Source of the DNA: Antedon mediterranea
Taxonomy: Eukaryota > Animalia > Echinodermata
Direction of reading: 5' to 3'
Length of the DNA stretch: 64,000 nucleotides
Assembly: GCF_964355755.1 (NCBI RefSeq)
Contig: NC_092676.1
Span: forward strand, 25,686,871 to 25,750,870
In this document: piece after piece, positions 30,901-43,482 of the stretch
Position numbering within the stretch: the stretch's first letter is position 1
Layout: each line of letters opens with the position of its first letter
Notes under the pieces: generated by a model
The model's input: the letters and a program-made list of their open reading frames with translations, nothing else
Told to the model about the DNA's origin: nothing
Databases searched by the model: none
Program-made: the position numbers and the translations under genes

Positions 30901-33814
30901 AAATTTTTATTCTTGATAGGTGCAAATATATTTCTTTCGTCCGATGGTCACCTTAAGTTGGGTGACTTTGGTAGTGCAATTAAGTTGAGCACACGCCATA
31001 CACTGCCTGGTGAGGTATCAGAATACCTTGGAACTCCAGCATATATGGCACCAGAAGTAAGTGTTAATCAACTATCAGTTTATCATGTAAACACGCACAC
31101 TAAACACAGATTTGGTCAGATTGCTGGAGAACACTCTGGGCTAAGTTAGTGTGAATGGTTCTATTCCTAAACACTACAAGCCACCACACCGAAATCTGGA
31201 CTCAATGTGTACATAGCTTTTACCCATACTAGAATAAAGAGAGCATGGAATATGTACAGTACAGATTTCAACCCAGGATCGTGTGATTTCTAAGCAAACA
31301 TGTTAACCATCAATGGTACCACTTACGATAATATTCAGCAGCTTAGGTAGCCATATTCTGTAAAATTCTCAATCCTAACTACGCTGCAGATGTGGCCATG
31401 TAGACTCTCATGTATGTTTGCTAAAAAATATCACCTCACCGCAATGATTGTAATTGATTAATTTATTTAATTACTGTAGGTGATCAAACAGAGTGAGAAG
31501 AAAGAGGGCTATGGTCGTGCTTCAGACATCTGGAGTATAGGATGTGTAGGTATAGAAATGCTCACTGGAAAGGTAAGGCTTGTTTTGACTTCTATGCAAT
31601 TGTGTATAAAATGTTGTGCTTTCTATTTCTTATTTCTTGATAATCTGTCTTATACAATCAATTCTCCCAATACAGGACTCCCTGAATACCGGACGCTCTC
31701 CCAAAACCAGACTTTTCTTTAGGTCCAAAGAGTTCCAAATTCATCTTTATCATTAAAAACACGTTCCGAATACCGAATAGACTTTCCCGATAACCAGACA
31801 AATTAGGCCAGCCCAAAGGTTTCTGGTATTGGGAGAGTTAACTGTAATAGTTGTTAATCCCACTAGAATTGGAAATATTTACTGTATGTTGTCTGATTAT
31901 GTTATTTTCTATCTTAATAAACAACTTGTTTGAGCAGTTTTACTCTCATCCTGTATTTTCTATCTTCAATTTTCCAGCGCCCTTGGCACGAGTACAAACA
32001 TGAATACAACATTGTGTACAAGGTAGGAGACGGCGCTATACCAAAGATTCCCGACACAGCTAGTGATGAGGCTAAAGATTTCCTATCTCACTGCCTTCAG
32101 CATAACCCTGAGGACAGGTGGACTGCTAACAAACTTTTAGAACATCCATTCATCAAGGTAACCAAGATATTATATATTTGCCACTATCATTATTACAATG
32201 CAATAAGGTTTATCGCAAATAGTGTGCACAATGCATGATGGGAAAGGTGTGGGAACTAATTGTCACGACGGGTATTAGTCTGGGCTCCAGACGGAGTTTT
32301 GTAAAAATATAAATATTTTTGCACATATGGCGTTTCATACGTGTATTACTTGAGTTTGGATACTCCGTCTGGGGAAACACGCATAAGTCACGTGGTTTGA
32401 CACCAAGAATTCTTGGTGCATAAATTATCCAGTTGACTAGTTTCAGCCGCATGCCATTGGCTGCTCACTCGTACATCGTTTTAATATTCATATTTCAGAA
32501 TTTCAAAGACTCAACGTCTAAGACGATGCGCATGCGCTATGTTACGTTTAGACAATGTGTACTTGGGTACATTGATGAAAGTTTCCGAAGGCTAAAAATG
32601 ATTTTATATGCCTAGTAGTCTGGTAAACATTTGATGAGATTTTTCCCAAGAAAATGAAAACTCGTCTTAATATGATAGGCTAGCTTCTCCGCCAAATCAA
32701 ACATTGAATGGATCATTTATTATGCGAAAAAAATTAGATTTAATTCCCACCCAGACCCTGTCCTGTTCTATGTGGTGGTGTAGCCTGTTGTGTGCCGGTC
32801 GGTGGTGGTATGTAGGCCTACCTTATTGGCGTTTTATTTGGAAGGTCATACGTACGAGTTGAGTAGCCCTACGAAGGAGGCCTAGGCCAGGACTAAACAA
32901 TTAATAAACAAAACAACTTGGCAACACGATTTTATATTTCAACAGTTGTTCAGTCTCATCGTACATTCAGCCATAGAGAATATCTCTATGATTCAGCATA
33001 CTGTACGTACGTACTCGATCTTTTTTATTTTGAAACAAAATGATCATTGGTTGATTCGAAATCCATATTTACATACCGCCCGCCCCATATAGCCAAATAC
33101 GGTATGATAACCTACGTCATTCTTATTGGATGTTTGCGGTTTGCAAATCGATTTCTATACGTGTTTCACAAGTCTGTATTTTCAGACAAAAATCGCGGTC
33201 GAAATAAAAACAAATAAATAAAAAAAAAAGACAATAAATACAGACTTGGGGCAAGTCTAGACGGGTATGTATGTGATTTGTTGTTTGTACATGTTGTGAC
33301 ATTTGTTCCTAATCCCTTTCCATTATGCACTGTACAATGGCGTTCTTTGCGAAATTAAGGTATTTGTGATAATCCTTATACTTATTGAGACATTTTATAT
33401 TTGCATTAAGTGACACTATTTTTATTATTATTATTACAATGCAATAAGGTTTATCACAAATAACGTGAGCGACGCATGATGGGAAGGGTTGGGGAGCAAA
33501 CGTTACAACGTACATGAGTCTTTGTTTGTATGTACGCGTCGTGACATTTGCTCTTCCCATTATTATACACTATGAAATGGTGTTCTTCGCGAAATCAAGC
33601 TATTTGCGATAAACCTTTAATAGACGTGCACATGCTTGATACATGCTATAGCAGAATAGAGATTTTGTCGTAATGCAACTACTAAAACCTCAGTTTTTAA
33701 AAACAAGAAACTCTACCAAAACCAGAAATTCTTAAGATCCATTAGCTCCCATCTTGATGGCAATCATAGTGTATATGAAGTAATGATGACCTTTATATCT
33801 TGTAGGTGAGCTAG
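15967..33814 (+). CDS. MAP3K4: Mitogen-activated protein kinase kinase kinase 4 (MEKK4/MTK1), ~1560 aa
   Basis: Exons: 15967-16010 (tentative first exon), 16549-18313, 18854-18984, 19270-19387, 19958-20104, 21036-21193, 21670-21777, 22171-22270, 22572-22655, 23126-23365, 23683-23832, 24137-24298, 24814-24947, 27284-27365, 27748-27826, 28079-28243, 28679-28912, 29240-29313, 29933-30052, 30440-30599, 30920-31056, 31480-31572, 31978-32157, and a tentative last exon from 33806. All internal phases are consistent. MEKK4 N-terminal motifs: LLWLELQAW, ERTSRALSFAKMLRKDLEIAAEF, GRKPRWA. Kinase motifs: FRWQRGFKIG, HPNLVKYYGVEIHREELLIFMEYC, HRDIKGANIFL, LKLGDFG, GTPAYMAPEV, GYGRASDIWSIGC. The first and last exons are uncertain. 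Confidence 0.92.
18466..18800. mobile_element. Tc1-like MITE of the family seen at 7868 and 11369, with internal CCTATTCAGGGGAC repeats
   Basis: TA-CAGTAGAACTCCC start and the shared cctattcagg motif. Confidence 0.5.
20340..20690 (+). mobile_element. tRNA-derived SINE, full length, with a tandemly duplicated 5' head
   Basis: A box TGGCCGAGCGG and B box GTTCGAGGC, central core gtgcactttaaagaacctagtaca, A-rich tail. Homologous copies at ~21880-22050, 22868-22960, 42470-42780 (-), 54990-55320 and 56790-57090 (-). Confidence 0.8.
21347..21626. mobile_element. Two adjacent copies of the abundant ~130-160-bp Harbinger/Tourist-like MITE
   Basis: Consensus AGCTCTGTCTACACTATCAAACT...AGTTTGATAGTGTAGACAGAGCT. 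The two copies abut at TAA. Confidence 0.7.
23886..24045. mobile_element. Harbinger/Tourist-like MITE, representative copy of about 15 in the window
   Basis: TIR agctctgtct(g)cact / agtgtagatagagct flanked by TAA on both sides. Other copies near 2445, 4141, 6854, 9292, 19410, 22395, 22759, 24600, 26610, 27582, 28959 and 30255. Confidence 0.8.
24951..26406 (+). mobile_element. Non-autonomous Helitron in a MAP3K4 intron
   Basis: 5' TCTATATATA preceded by A. 3' GC-rich hairpin CTAGATGGTACGC-GAGCGAAGCGA-GCGTACCATCTAG ending in CTAG and followed by T. No TSD. Confidence 0.8.
29400..29850 (+). mobile_element. Degenerate SINE-like element with a 5S rRNA-derived segment and a core domain, interrupted by a MITE (29568-29714)
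   Basis: gagttaagcaacgttgggcccggttgcattctggatgggagacc resembles the 5S internal control region. Downstream gtgcacgttaaagaactcggtacac...gagtaggg matches the core of the tRNA-SINE at 20340. Confidence 0.5.
31655..31844. mobile_element. Tc1/mariner-like MITE
   Basis: TA-caatcaattctcccaatac ... gtattgggagagttaactg-TA. Sister copy at 34113. Confidence 0.65.
32200..33620. mobile_element. Two tandem copies (long ~32200-33380, short ~33440-33620) of an unclassified inverted-repeat element
   Basis: Both copies begin aataaggtttatc(g/a)caaata and end tatttg(c/t)gataa(a/t)cctt, with internal atgatgggaa / tt(c)ccattat inverted motifs. Confidence 0.55.
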
Positions 33815-34112
33815 AGTCATCAAGTAAGCAACAACAAAGCTCACGTTTGAATATTATAGTAGCATTGAAGAAGACGCCGAAGCAACTGTTGGCTTTGTAC
33901 CTGGCTAGGGTTAAGCACTCGCATTAAAGAGCTATTGATTTGTACTGGACCTTCAATGTACATAGAAGTAGAATATTGGTAACATTAGATTCTATTGGAC
34001 CTCATGCTTCAATGCACTACTAAGTGGAATATTGATAACATTAGATACCAGAAATCACTATATAAGAATGATTGGTCAATGGTTCTGTTCCTAATTAGTA
34101 TATAATATAGTA

Positions 34113-34295
34113 CAGTCAACTCTCCCAAAACCAAACAACTTTGGGCTGGCCAAAATGTCTGGTTTTCCTGAAATTACGGTATTCGGAATGTGTTTTTAAT
34201 TGTCAAAAAGAATTTGGGACCTTGGTCCTCAAGAAAAGTGTGGTATAGTGAGAGTTTCTGGTTTTCAGAGAGTCCGGTATTGGGAGAGTCGACTG
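34113..34295. mobile_element. Tc1/mariner-like MITE in the probable MAP3K4 3' UTR
   Basis: TA-cagtcaactctcccaa ... ttgggagagtcgactg-TA. Confidence 0.7.
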
Positions 34296-36429
34296 TATAT
34301 AAATAATGAATGTTCATGAGTTGGATGGTGAGAATATTTTACTAGTTGAAAAATTGACTGCTCTATTTTAAATAAAGCTGGACGTGCAATAAAGCCGTTC
34401 ATTATTACCATTAGATATCACTTTTCCATGAGATAGAGCTAATTCCAAATGTCATGTGATGTGTATTTAACCAATATAATTGTATGAATACAATCAGATG
34501 TATTATAATACAGTTTAATTTATTTTTTTTGACCATATTTAATGAGGGTGATCCATCCAGCAATTGCTGATCATTAGGGACCCTCAGAGGTTCACAAGAC
34601 AAACATATACACAAGATGCTCTACATAAACAAAGTCTTATTACAAGTCTTTGGGAGTGGAGTTGTAAATTTGTTCTTAGAAAAAATCCTGACGGGTCTTG
34701 AACCCAGGGCCCTTGGAGTGGTAGCCAAGCCTAACAAATTAACACATCAACATACTGTACAGTAAGCCATGAGCACAGTGGTCAGTATACTGTATACTGT
34801 AATGGATGGCATTCTCCAATCAGCATTATGGTAGGCTATATGATGTTGCCATATAGTGTGCGTGGTCAGTATAAACATGGCCAGTAAACAAGACGCACAT
34901 CATCAGCAACAAAAGCTTGATTTGAATTATCTTTTCGCTTGATTTGAATTATCTTTTCTCTTGCTTTAAACCATTTTATGTTTTTGCCTTTTACATTGTG
35001 CTTAGAAAGTGCCAAGTATAACATTGTCATGGTTTTCAAAATTGTTTAAGAGATTAAATTATTAAGGGATACCTTTATAATTTGAGACCAAAATCAAATA
35101 GAATAATTTCAAGTGTCTTTAGACTTTTGTAGGTCAAATAGTCACATTGTGAGCTATGCTCAACCCTGCATCTTTTAAGATAATTTTAAATGGAAACTAT
35201 CATGTTGTTAAAGTCACTACAAACATATTTAAAAATGCAGTGCCTTATTTACCCTGAACATTCCTACTTTTACAATTGCAAAAATATTATTTTCAAAAGA
35301 TTGATTTTGCTGTAACCTTTACATATCAATATTAGAATTATTATTGTGAAATTCTGTCTAATGAAAGTTAATTCATTTGGATTGTTGTATACTGTATTAT
35401 GTGTAACTGTAATAGATACAATGTATGCTAGCTTGAATATTGATTCCAAATATTTAACTTGATTTAAAAAAAAGACTAATAAAAATTGGCCTTGAAAAAA
35501 ACACTGATATGTGGCAAAAGCTATGATTTGAACCCCGCACTATGGGCTTTGGAAGCATACTAAGCACTAAGCTGTGGCGCCATTAATTGTGTTTTTTAAA
35601 TGGTGTTAATTTTTATAGCAAATGTATTATGAATGTAGATTGAACATTATTATGAAATATTACTTGACGGTTCTTTTTAAAAAAAATGTAATAATTTTCT
35701 GTGATTTAGGGAGGTATGATTGTATATTTCATTATGATACTATTTACACTGTCTACTTAAACTACATATCAATTTGCCATAAAATTGCAGGCCAGTTTTA
35801 AAATGTTATACAGTATAACTGAGTATTAGAAACATTCTTACTTTTTAAAAATAAGGTCAATGGTTATATTTTTAAAGCATAACAGCCATCGCAATGCAGG
35901 TCTCCAGGAATATATGAATTTTAAATGCAAATTCTAACCACCCATCACAATAATTCTCTTTTTCATGTGGAGATCTGTGTAGTGCGATGAATTTCTAGGA
36001 TTCAGTTTCCAGTAACAAATTAATCATCTGATCTGCTTCATTCTTCTTCTGGTTGATGCAAATTTAAAGTTTCCTAAACGCGGCCTGCTGGTCAGGTTCG
36101 TCTGTCTTAAAATTGTATTATGTGATTAATAAAACTAAAGAATAGTATAGGAAAATGGTCTGTATTTATTATTTACAAAACCAAGTACTCGTACATGCTA
36201 TAGGCCTATTCCAGATACATATGACCCAGCCACCAACATTTTTTTTTTTTCAAATGTAATGGTTTCGGGTTCGAATTTGAATTTGTTGTATATGTTAAAT
36301 CTATATAAAATATGGAGAGTGGTATAAATACGCCGCCGCTGCCCCTCCCTTCTATACCGATTTTGACCAATCAAAAATCTTTATCGTACTTTTTTATTGC
36401 ATGTGTTTTTTTCCGAGAAACAATTTTGT

Positions 36430-37285
36430 GTACTCGACCAAAGAATATATATCACAAGAATGAGTAATCCGCGATTTTCCCTGTAACAGTAATATTGTCC
36501 ATGTGGTAGGGCGCCGCCATAAGTGTGGATGTATCTGGGATGTATACAACTTTTTGTGAAGGTTTCACTAATCAAAGGCTGGACCACCGGAGTATTTTCC
36601 GATGATAAAAATGTTATCAACTACATGCCAACATCATGTTAAATACTATTTGGATATTTAATTGTTCGTTTTATGCAATTTATTTAGTAAAAACTGCCGT
36701 ATAAACAGTTTGCTTTATCAACCGGGCGCTACGATAGCGTGACCGGGCGTGTTGGTGTTTACGCGTTTTCACGAAGGATAGTTTAATAATATTCCTATAT
36801 TTAACTTGTTTCTGGTAAAACAAATAAATGTTAATGACATTTAACATTTTCTCCTATTAATAACATGTGTTTTATACTAATTTATATCATAAAAACAATA
36901 CTTAATTTACCGGGCGTACAGTAGTACACGGCAATGGTAAAGAATATGCCGTGCTGAGTAATATTCGTTGATTTTTGGTGTTGCTGTGTTAGGCCTTTTT
37001 TGTGAACTAACTTAGCATGTTAGTAAATAATTGTCTGTAAAAGTGAATAAACACTAGTTTGTTAATAAATATGTATTATAAAATAGTTTACAATTGCAAA
37101 AACTATCATCATAATTCTATTTAATGCGACATGTATCATGTCTATTAAATCAAGTCTTATTTAGTATGTATACATCCGCCCTTATGAGGGCGGGCATCAT
37201 TCACTGGAGCTCTCTGTTACAAGTTTCTCATGCAAAAATCGCGGAATACTCATTCTTGTGATATATATTCTTTGACTCGACTCAA
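36430..37285. mobile_element. Inverted-repeat element, unclassified
   Basis: aaagaatatatatcacaagaatgagtaatccgcgatttt (~36440) is the reverse complement of aaaatcgcggaatactcattcttgtgatatatattcttt (~37235). An internal segment recurs inverted at ~47790-47870. Confidence 0.55.
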
Positions 37286-37572
37286 AACGTGCGTGGATGA
37301 TATATGGGGCGGTAGGCCTAGTTAGTAGCTCCTGTGGTCCCACAATTTGTACTACCAGTACAGTTCGCATTCAAGACTTGTGAGTGAGTACTGTAAAATA
37401 TTTGCCAATTAATTAATGTTAGTTTAAATTAGTAATTATAAATAATTGTTATGATGGGAACTAGGTCTAGGCTCTGCTTCTAGGCCCTGGCAGTTACTGG
37501 ACACTGAGGCTCAGCTGAGTGAGACTGAGTTGAGGTAACCTTCCTAGTAGGCTAGGGCCTCCTTTAAATAAT

Positions 37573-38329
37573 CGCCGTGGTTAGGATTCCGGCACCGGAA
37601 CTCAACTGCCCACCGTTAGGGAATCCGACACGATATTGCGCATGCCCAGAACTCTGGGAAGTGAATTATAGCTTGCACTAATAGTGCCACACACCACACC
37701 ACCGAGAGTCGGAGTGTTATAGGGATTTACTGTAGCCTAGATAGTCGAGTCGTTGCGCGAGCGAGAGATGGATGAAACTTGGCCTATGCCATACATGAAT
37801 TAATAATTAAAATACGACTACGCCACGCGTTAAAATAATTATAATGATATTAATAAGAATCGGTATCTATCTAAGAATCGTAATGCTGTTTTTAACGTTG
37901 CGACCCCGAATTTCCGAACAGTTTTTTCACATGGCGGTGGCTGCCGTCAACAAATCAACTTGTGATTGCATGTTATGTACAGTATATTAAATGCGTTATG
38001 AAAAATCATAAAACTAGTCATGTAATTATATAATTCATAATGATATGAAGTTTATATATGAATGAACAACCACTTTTTAATTACAAAATAAATAGGCCCA
38101 CTGGTCACGCCTAACTGGTAGCCCTAGCCTAGATTAGTGGATCCCGCATTAGTAGGCATCTAGGCTAGTTCGCCGTGTGGCGCAACTATGAAATGATCCA
38201 TCGCTGTATAGTCAAAGAATTGGTATAGTATAGAGTCGCCGATTACCTCGCTCTGGGCATGCGCAATAGCGTGTCGGATTCCCTAACGCTGGGCAGTTGG
38301 GTTCCGGTGCCGGAATCCTAACCACGGCG
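37573..38329. mobile_element. Non-autonomous MULE-like element with ~80-bp TIRs
   Basis: Near-perfect TIRs cgccgtggttaggattccggcaccggaac...gcgcatgcccaga. 9-bp TSD TTAAATAAT at 37564-37572 and 38330-38338. Confidence 0.85.
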
Positions 38330-38386
38330 TTAAATAATACAGCCATTTAGCCTAACTATATAGGCGACAGTAGGCCCCTCCTAGGC

Positions 38387-40430
38387 GGGTAGTAACAAAG
38401 TGCGAGGCACGCGAGGCAGGGAAGGCATGCGAGGCAAGTCAGAAATTTATGCGAGGCATCGTTTTACCATCATCAAAAAATGCGAGGCATCATTTTATCA
38501 TTTCTCAAAATTGCAAGGCAGGAAATCACCGAAATTGAAGTAGCCTAGGCCTAGGCCCGCTAGGCTAGTTTCCTTTTGCACCTGCCTTGTATTTTAACCA
38601 ACTTTATCCTGAATACCACAGCTTAGAATTAGTAGGCCTACTTTAATGAAGAAAAATCACATAAAGTAACAATAAATCCATTAAATTGGTGATTTTACAG
38701 ACGTTGTTTTTCTCGCATTTCGCACACTCAATGTTCAATATTTTGGTTTCTATGGAACGCCAAAAGAGCAAAATTAATTAGAGGGCTAAAAACTCTGTGG
38801 AATCCATTTATATTTAACGCATTATTTGGTGAAAATCAAGTACAATTTCAATAGATTTTGTCACTGTCAGTAAGGAAAAATGTTACTGTTGATAATATAC
38901 ACGGTTTCGTTAACCTTTTAAAGAATAAAATAGAAAAATTCATCATAATATCCTTAGTAGGATGTCCTAGGTCTAGACTAGGTAGTGATGTTGATTTAGG
39001 ATCGATTATTATTCTTTGAAAACAGAACAGTATCAGCAGTAACATATTACAACATTTTTATTGACAAATTAACAAATATATTGAAATAAAACGTGTTTTT
39101 CACCAATAAATGCATTGAGAAATTGACGCATTCCACTGAGTTTTAGTCCTCTATTATCGTTGCTCTTTTGGCGCTCCATAGAAACAAAAATATTGAACAT
39201 TGAATAAGTGAAATTCGCGAACAGTGTGCGAGAAACACGCCTGTAAAATAATTAATTTAAGGATTTATTTGTTACTTTTTATGTGATTCTTTCATTAAAG
39301 TACTCATGAGGTATACTTCTAAGGTGTGGTATTCACACGATAAAGTTAGTTATCAAATTTGGAGTAAAAATACAAGCGAAGGAAACTAGCGCCAGGTTTA
39401 TTAGTACGTACATGGACAACAATAAATAAAATCGTTCGTAATATACCTAGCTTACTAAAACAGGAATAGTGTATCATTATTAAATATTACACCAATTATT
39501 ATTATATCAAAATTTATTAAATTATTTTCTACATAGGCCTCTTATCTAGGTTAGGGCTAAGCATATTAGCTAAAGTTTAATTTTAGGCCTAGTATTACAA
39601 TTGTCGGACGTAAGCCTTTTTTCACACGCGCTCCAGATTTCTGTCGCAATTTTTTTCTTTGCGGCATGTTATTGGATCGGCATATCAGTTACCTTTTATT
39701 CACCGCCAGTTATTGAACTTGTCCTGGCAATCGCTGTTCACCTTATTTGCGAGAGAGGTACACATGTTGTTCCTAGAGAATGGAATGTCAAAAATGTCTT
39801 TGGCACGCCGCTCAGAGAGAAGTCTGTAGTGTGCGTTGCTGCTGAAACCACGTGCTATAGGAGGGGAATGCACCACAATCCTCTGAGCTGAGGGCTGAAT
39901 CATTCCGCTACCTGCTAAATAGTAAAGAGGGATTTTCCATCTCTCGGGTCTACCGGATCTAGGCGCAGGGGTGTGACAAAATATTATTTTCACTCTGCTA
40001 TGTTCGACAGACATGTGAGTGAACACGCTCGAAATGCCAACAAACATTGCAGTCATTTAATGAGTGTGTCGCTATAACAATTATTGTTTATCGAAAGTTG
40101 AAGACTGTCGTTCAGATTTTTGAACCGTAGTTTGGGCACTTTTGTAAAAGTAAAATTTGACACGATATGACTTGAATGAAAAAACAATCGTTACATAAAA
40201 ATAAACAACATGATGAGTGTATACACGAATCTATTTAGATACGCTTGTATCGATTGATTATTAGGCCTATAATATAGCATAATAGCACGTTAAGATATGC
40301 CTCGCACCTTTTTGAAATTGTAAACTATATGCCTCGCATGCCTCGCACTTTTGGAAATGATAAAATGATGCCTCGCACAAATATTTGGCATGCCTCGCTT
40401 GCCTCGCTGCCTCGCACTTTGTCAACACTC
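38387..40430. mobile_element. Non-autonomous MULE-like element with TGCGAGGCA subterminal repeats and an internal fold-back
   Basis: 9-bp TSD CTCCTAGGC at 38378-38386 and 40431-40439. Multiple gcgaggca copies at the left end and tgcctcgc copies at the right. Internal inverted repeat ~38640-38850 versus ~39090-39300. Confidence 0.8.
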
Positions 40431-41219
40431 CTCCTAGGCCTAGCTACGATAGCTACTGTAAAACTAGCCTAGCTAAGACCCCACCCAGCCTTGGGATCTA
40501 CCTATTAATAGAGGTTTTTTTTAGAAATCCTAGGCTAGGTAGGTAGCCTAGCTAGGGTCGGATGGAAGAAAAAGAAGTCGCCATTCCCTTCTATAAACTG
40601 CAACAAGTCAAAGCTTTTCAAAAAATAGTGGTCCAAACTACAGTAACATATAGTCATCCTTAATTTGTTTTAAAGTTAATAATAAATATGAATAAAAGTA
40701 GTGGTGAAGTTACGCCACCAAAAAAAAAACTCTTTCTATTTCAATTTGTAAGTCTTAGGCCTATCCTACATGTTTTTATATTTTATATCATATTCATAAA
40801 CTTCATGGTAATACTAATACTAAGTTTAGTGTTATTTATATAAAGTAAAATGTTATGGCATACATAAGCCAAAAAAAACGACCCTAATTCATCAACAGAA
40901 ATTTAACAAATCAATCTAGGTGGTGGGTATTTATATAATCTATTTCCTACTGTATGACCTTGTGAATATAATTTTTGCCTGTGTGCAGTGAACAGTATAA
41001 ATTTCAACCATGGCATTCATTTAGGTAATTGGCATAACAATAAACAAAAAAATTATATTGAGGAATATGCAGTAGCAGTAGGCCTATTGATTGGCTGTAA
41101 CATATCATGTGGTGACGCTGACGCTTACAGCATTTGTTTGTTTATTATATTATTCTTGAGTTTGAACCCGGAATACATGTTGTTATCAGCATTTTTAGTT
41201 ATATTATACGTAAGGAGGT

Positions 41220-41450
41220 AAAGGTAAGTCCTGTATTAATTTCTGAATGTAGGGTAGAGCTAGTGTTAGGAGCTCATGTCACTAAGCCTAGGCATTATGT
41301 GGTAGGGTGGCCAGTTCCTATGCCTATCCTCCCTAGTATTTTCAACCAGGTACTCATTTACAGCTAAGTAGACTGGGAGTTTTCGGGAATTGAACCCTCA
41401 TGGTCTCTCTGTATGACAGTATGTCCTAACCACTCTGTTACCAAACTCCT
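41220..41450 (-). mobile_element. Old SINE fragment of a second family
   Basis: The reverse strand reads tRNA-like ggttaggacatactg...gggttcaattccc followed by cccagtctacttagctgtaaatgagtacctgg, a core-like SINE motif. Confidence 0.45.
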
Positions 41451-42469
41451 TGTTTACAGGCCTTTTAGTATAAAGCAGGGATGGGTCAGATTATTATCAC
41501 TGCAGTGTTTTTTAAGTATCTTTTGGCTGTAATGACGATTATTATTATATACTTCTGGTTCATTATTGTTATCTTGGATTTTGTTTATGGTTTATGTTGA
41601 ACTTTTTTCACATTAAATTCCAGAGAGACGCTGTTAGTATTAGACTTTACATCGACTCCAGAGAGACCCTATTCACATTTAGTGTGAATGATGATGTTGT
41701 TCTGCAATACCAGAGTTTAATTCAATTATTTATTTCGTCAACACTCTGGCTCGAAATTTGTCAAATAAAATCTTTATTTATTCCATATATAAAATGTGTA
41801 CATGGAAAAATTGTTTTCCTCGACAGAAAATATGGGAAAACAAACAAAACATTCACAATTACATCATACATAGAAAAAAATTACAATTAAAAACATTCAA
41901 TAAAAATTGTATTAAAAATAATTTTAATACAATTAAAAAAATAAATTTTCAGCTGAGGATTACCTTGTGACTCGGAACAACACCATCATTTAGAGTCGAT
42001 ACTTTTTATCCTCGGTGCTTTTCTGAAGTTTGTAGAACGAATTGCATTCAGTTGTTCAACTCTGATGTTTTGAACTCTGGAGTTTGTTCGAATTGTTTTT
42101 ATTCACACCATAAGTGACAAAATGTGTAATTTGTAAACTTCTTTTTTGTTAAGTTTTGCTAAGCGATGTGAAAGGTGTATAAATACAATTATATTTTAAT
42201 TACTTGATTTAAATTGTACAGAAAATTCATTCTAATTATTAAATTAAATTTCTTTTACAACATGTTGGTTAATGCAAGAGTTGAAGTTGCGGGCTGGGGT
42301 ATAAAAATTATTTACTTAAAAATTGTTTTAGATTGACCCAATGGCTGCCCATACAATTTGATATTTAACTAGTATAACTTACTTTAATAAGTGTTTCCTA
42401 AGTCACAAACTTAGTTGAAATTAAAAGTCAAATAAAAACCAAGAAATTTTAACAGTTCATTATGTTAGT

Positions 42470-42780
42470 TTGTTTGTTTTATCTTTATACTGGGTGACCT
42501 CTTCAGTCAAAGACTGATCTCCCAGAGGGCCCAGTTGGTGATCAGTGGCTGTGATGTACTAATATACCAGGGTAACCCCCTACTCGTCTCGAAAGATGTA
42601 CTAGGTTCTTTAAAGTGCACACGAGCAAGTTGTGTACACTGGACCTACGGTTTATAGAACTTATCCGAGAAGACTCGTTCTACCACCAGAACCATGGAGT
42701 GAGTGAGCCTCGAACCCCTGCCGATGTTATGGCTACGTGATTACGGTTCCACTGTCTTAACCGCTCGGCCACTCACATTA
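42470..42780 (-). mobile_element. tRNA-derived SINE, same family as 20340
   Basis: Near-full-length reverse complement of 20380-20680. A second partial head follows at ~42800-42870. Confidence 0.8.
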
Positions 42781-42929
42781 TATAACAAATTATTAATAGA
42801 CCCTTGCCGATGTTGTTGGCTTTTTAAGTACGTTAAACGGCGCCCCTGCCTTAACCGCTTGGCCGTTTGACTCAATGGATTGAATGTTACCTACTGTATA
42901 GCGCATACTGTACTGTATCTCTTACAGTT

Positions 42930-43088
42930 CCAATGGCGTAACGGTTATGAGCACTCACTGGCTAAACCCAGGGGCCCCGGAATTTACAGGCATTAAAATG
43001 TGTCGAAAAACGCCCAATGCCTCAAGTGTTGGAGGCACACTTAGAGTTCCTAAACCAGGGGCCTCAGGCCTCTGCCTTACGCCACTGG
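42930..43088. mobile_element. hAT-like MITE
   Basis: TIR caatggcgtaa / ttacgccactg. Homologous to the start of the region at 12261. Confidence 0.55.
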
Positions 43089-43482
43089 ATTGTTCTGAAT
43101 TAGGTTTTAGCAAAATGTACAAAAAGTGAATAAGATTTAATTTATTTGTTTTTGTCTACAGTACTTTCATTTTTAAAATCAATTTAATGCGATGTGATGA
43201 ATGCGTTTTATTTCTAAAGTACTGCAGTAAGTTTGTTATTACTGTATATTCAATTGAGGCATGGTCATAACTGTATCATATTTGTTTTAAATGCATGTCA
43301 AAATTTGTAATCTAAAATTATACTGTAATTAAGTATACTACTCTAACATACTGTCCTAGACTAAAAAATAAGCTAATCTGATAGGGAATGACATTTCCAA
43401 ATAGTGCTAACCAACATTGTTATTTGTTATATTTCTTCAGAAGTAAAATAAAGACGATAGAAACTAAGTATTGTTTGATAAG

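Noticed and set aside
39601-40056. ORFs inside the MULE-like element as a transposase or captured gene
   Set aside because: Short, overlapping on opposite strands, and no DDE or zinc-finger motifs are visible.
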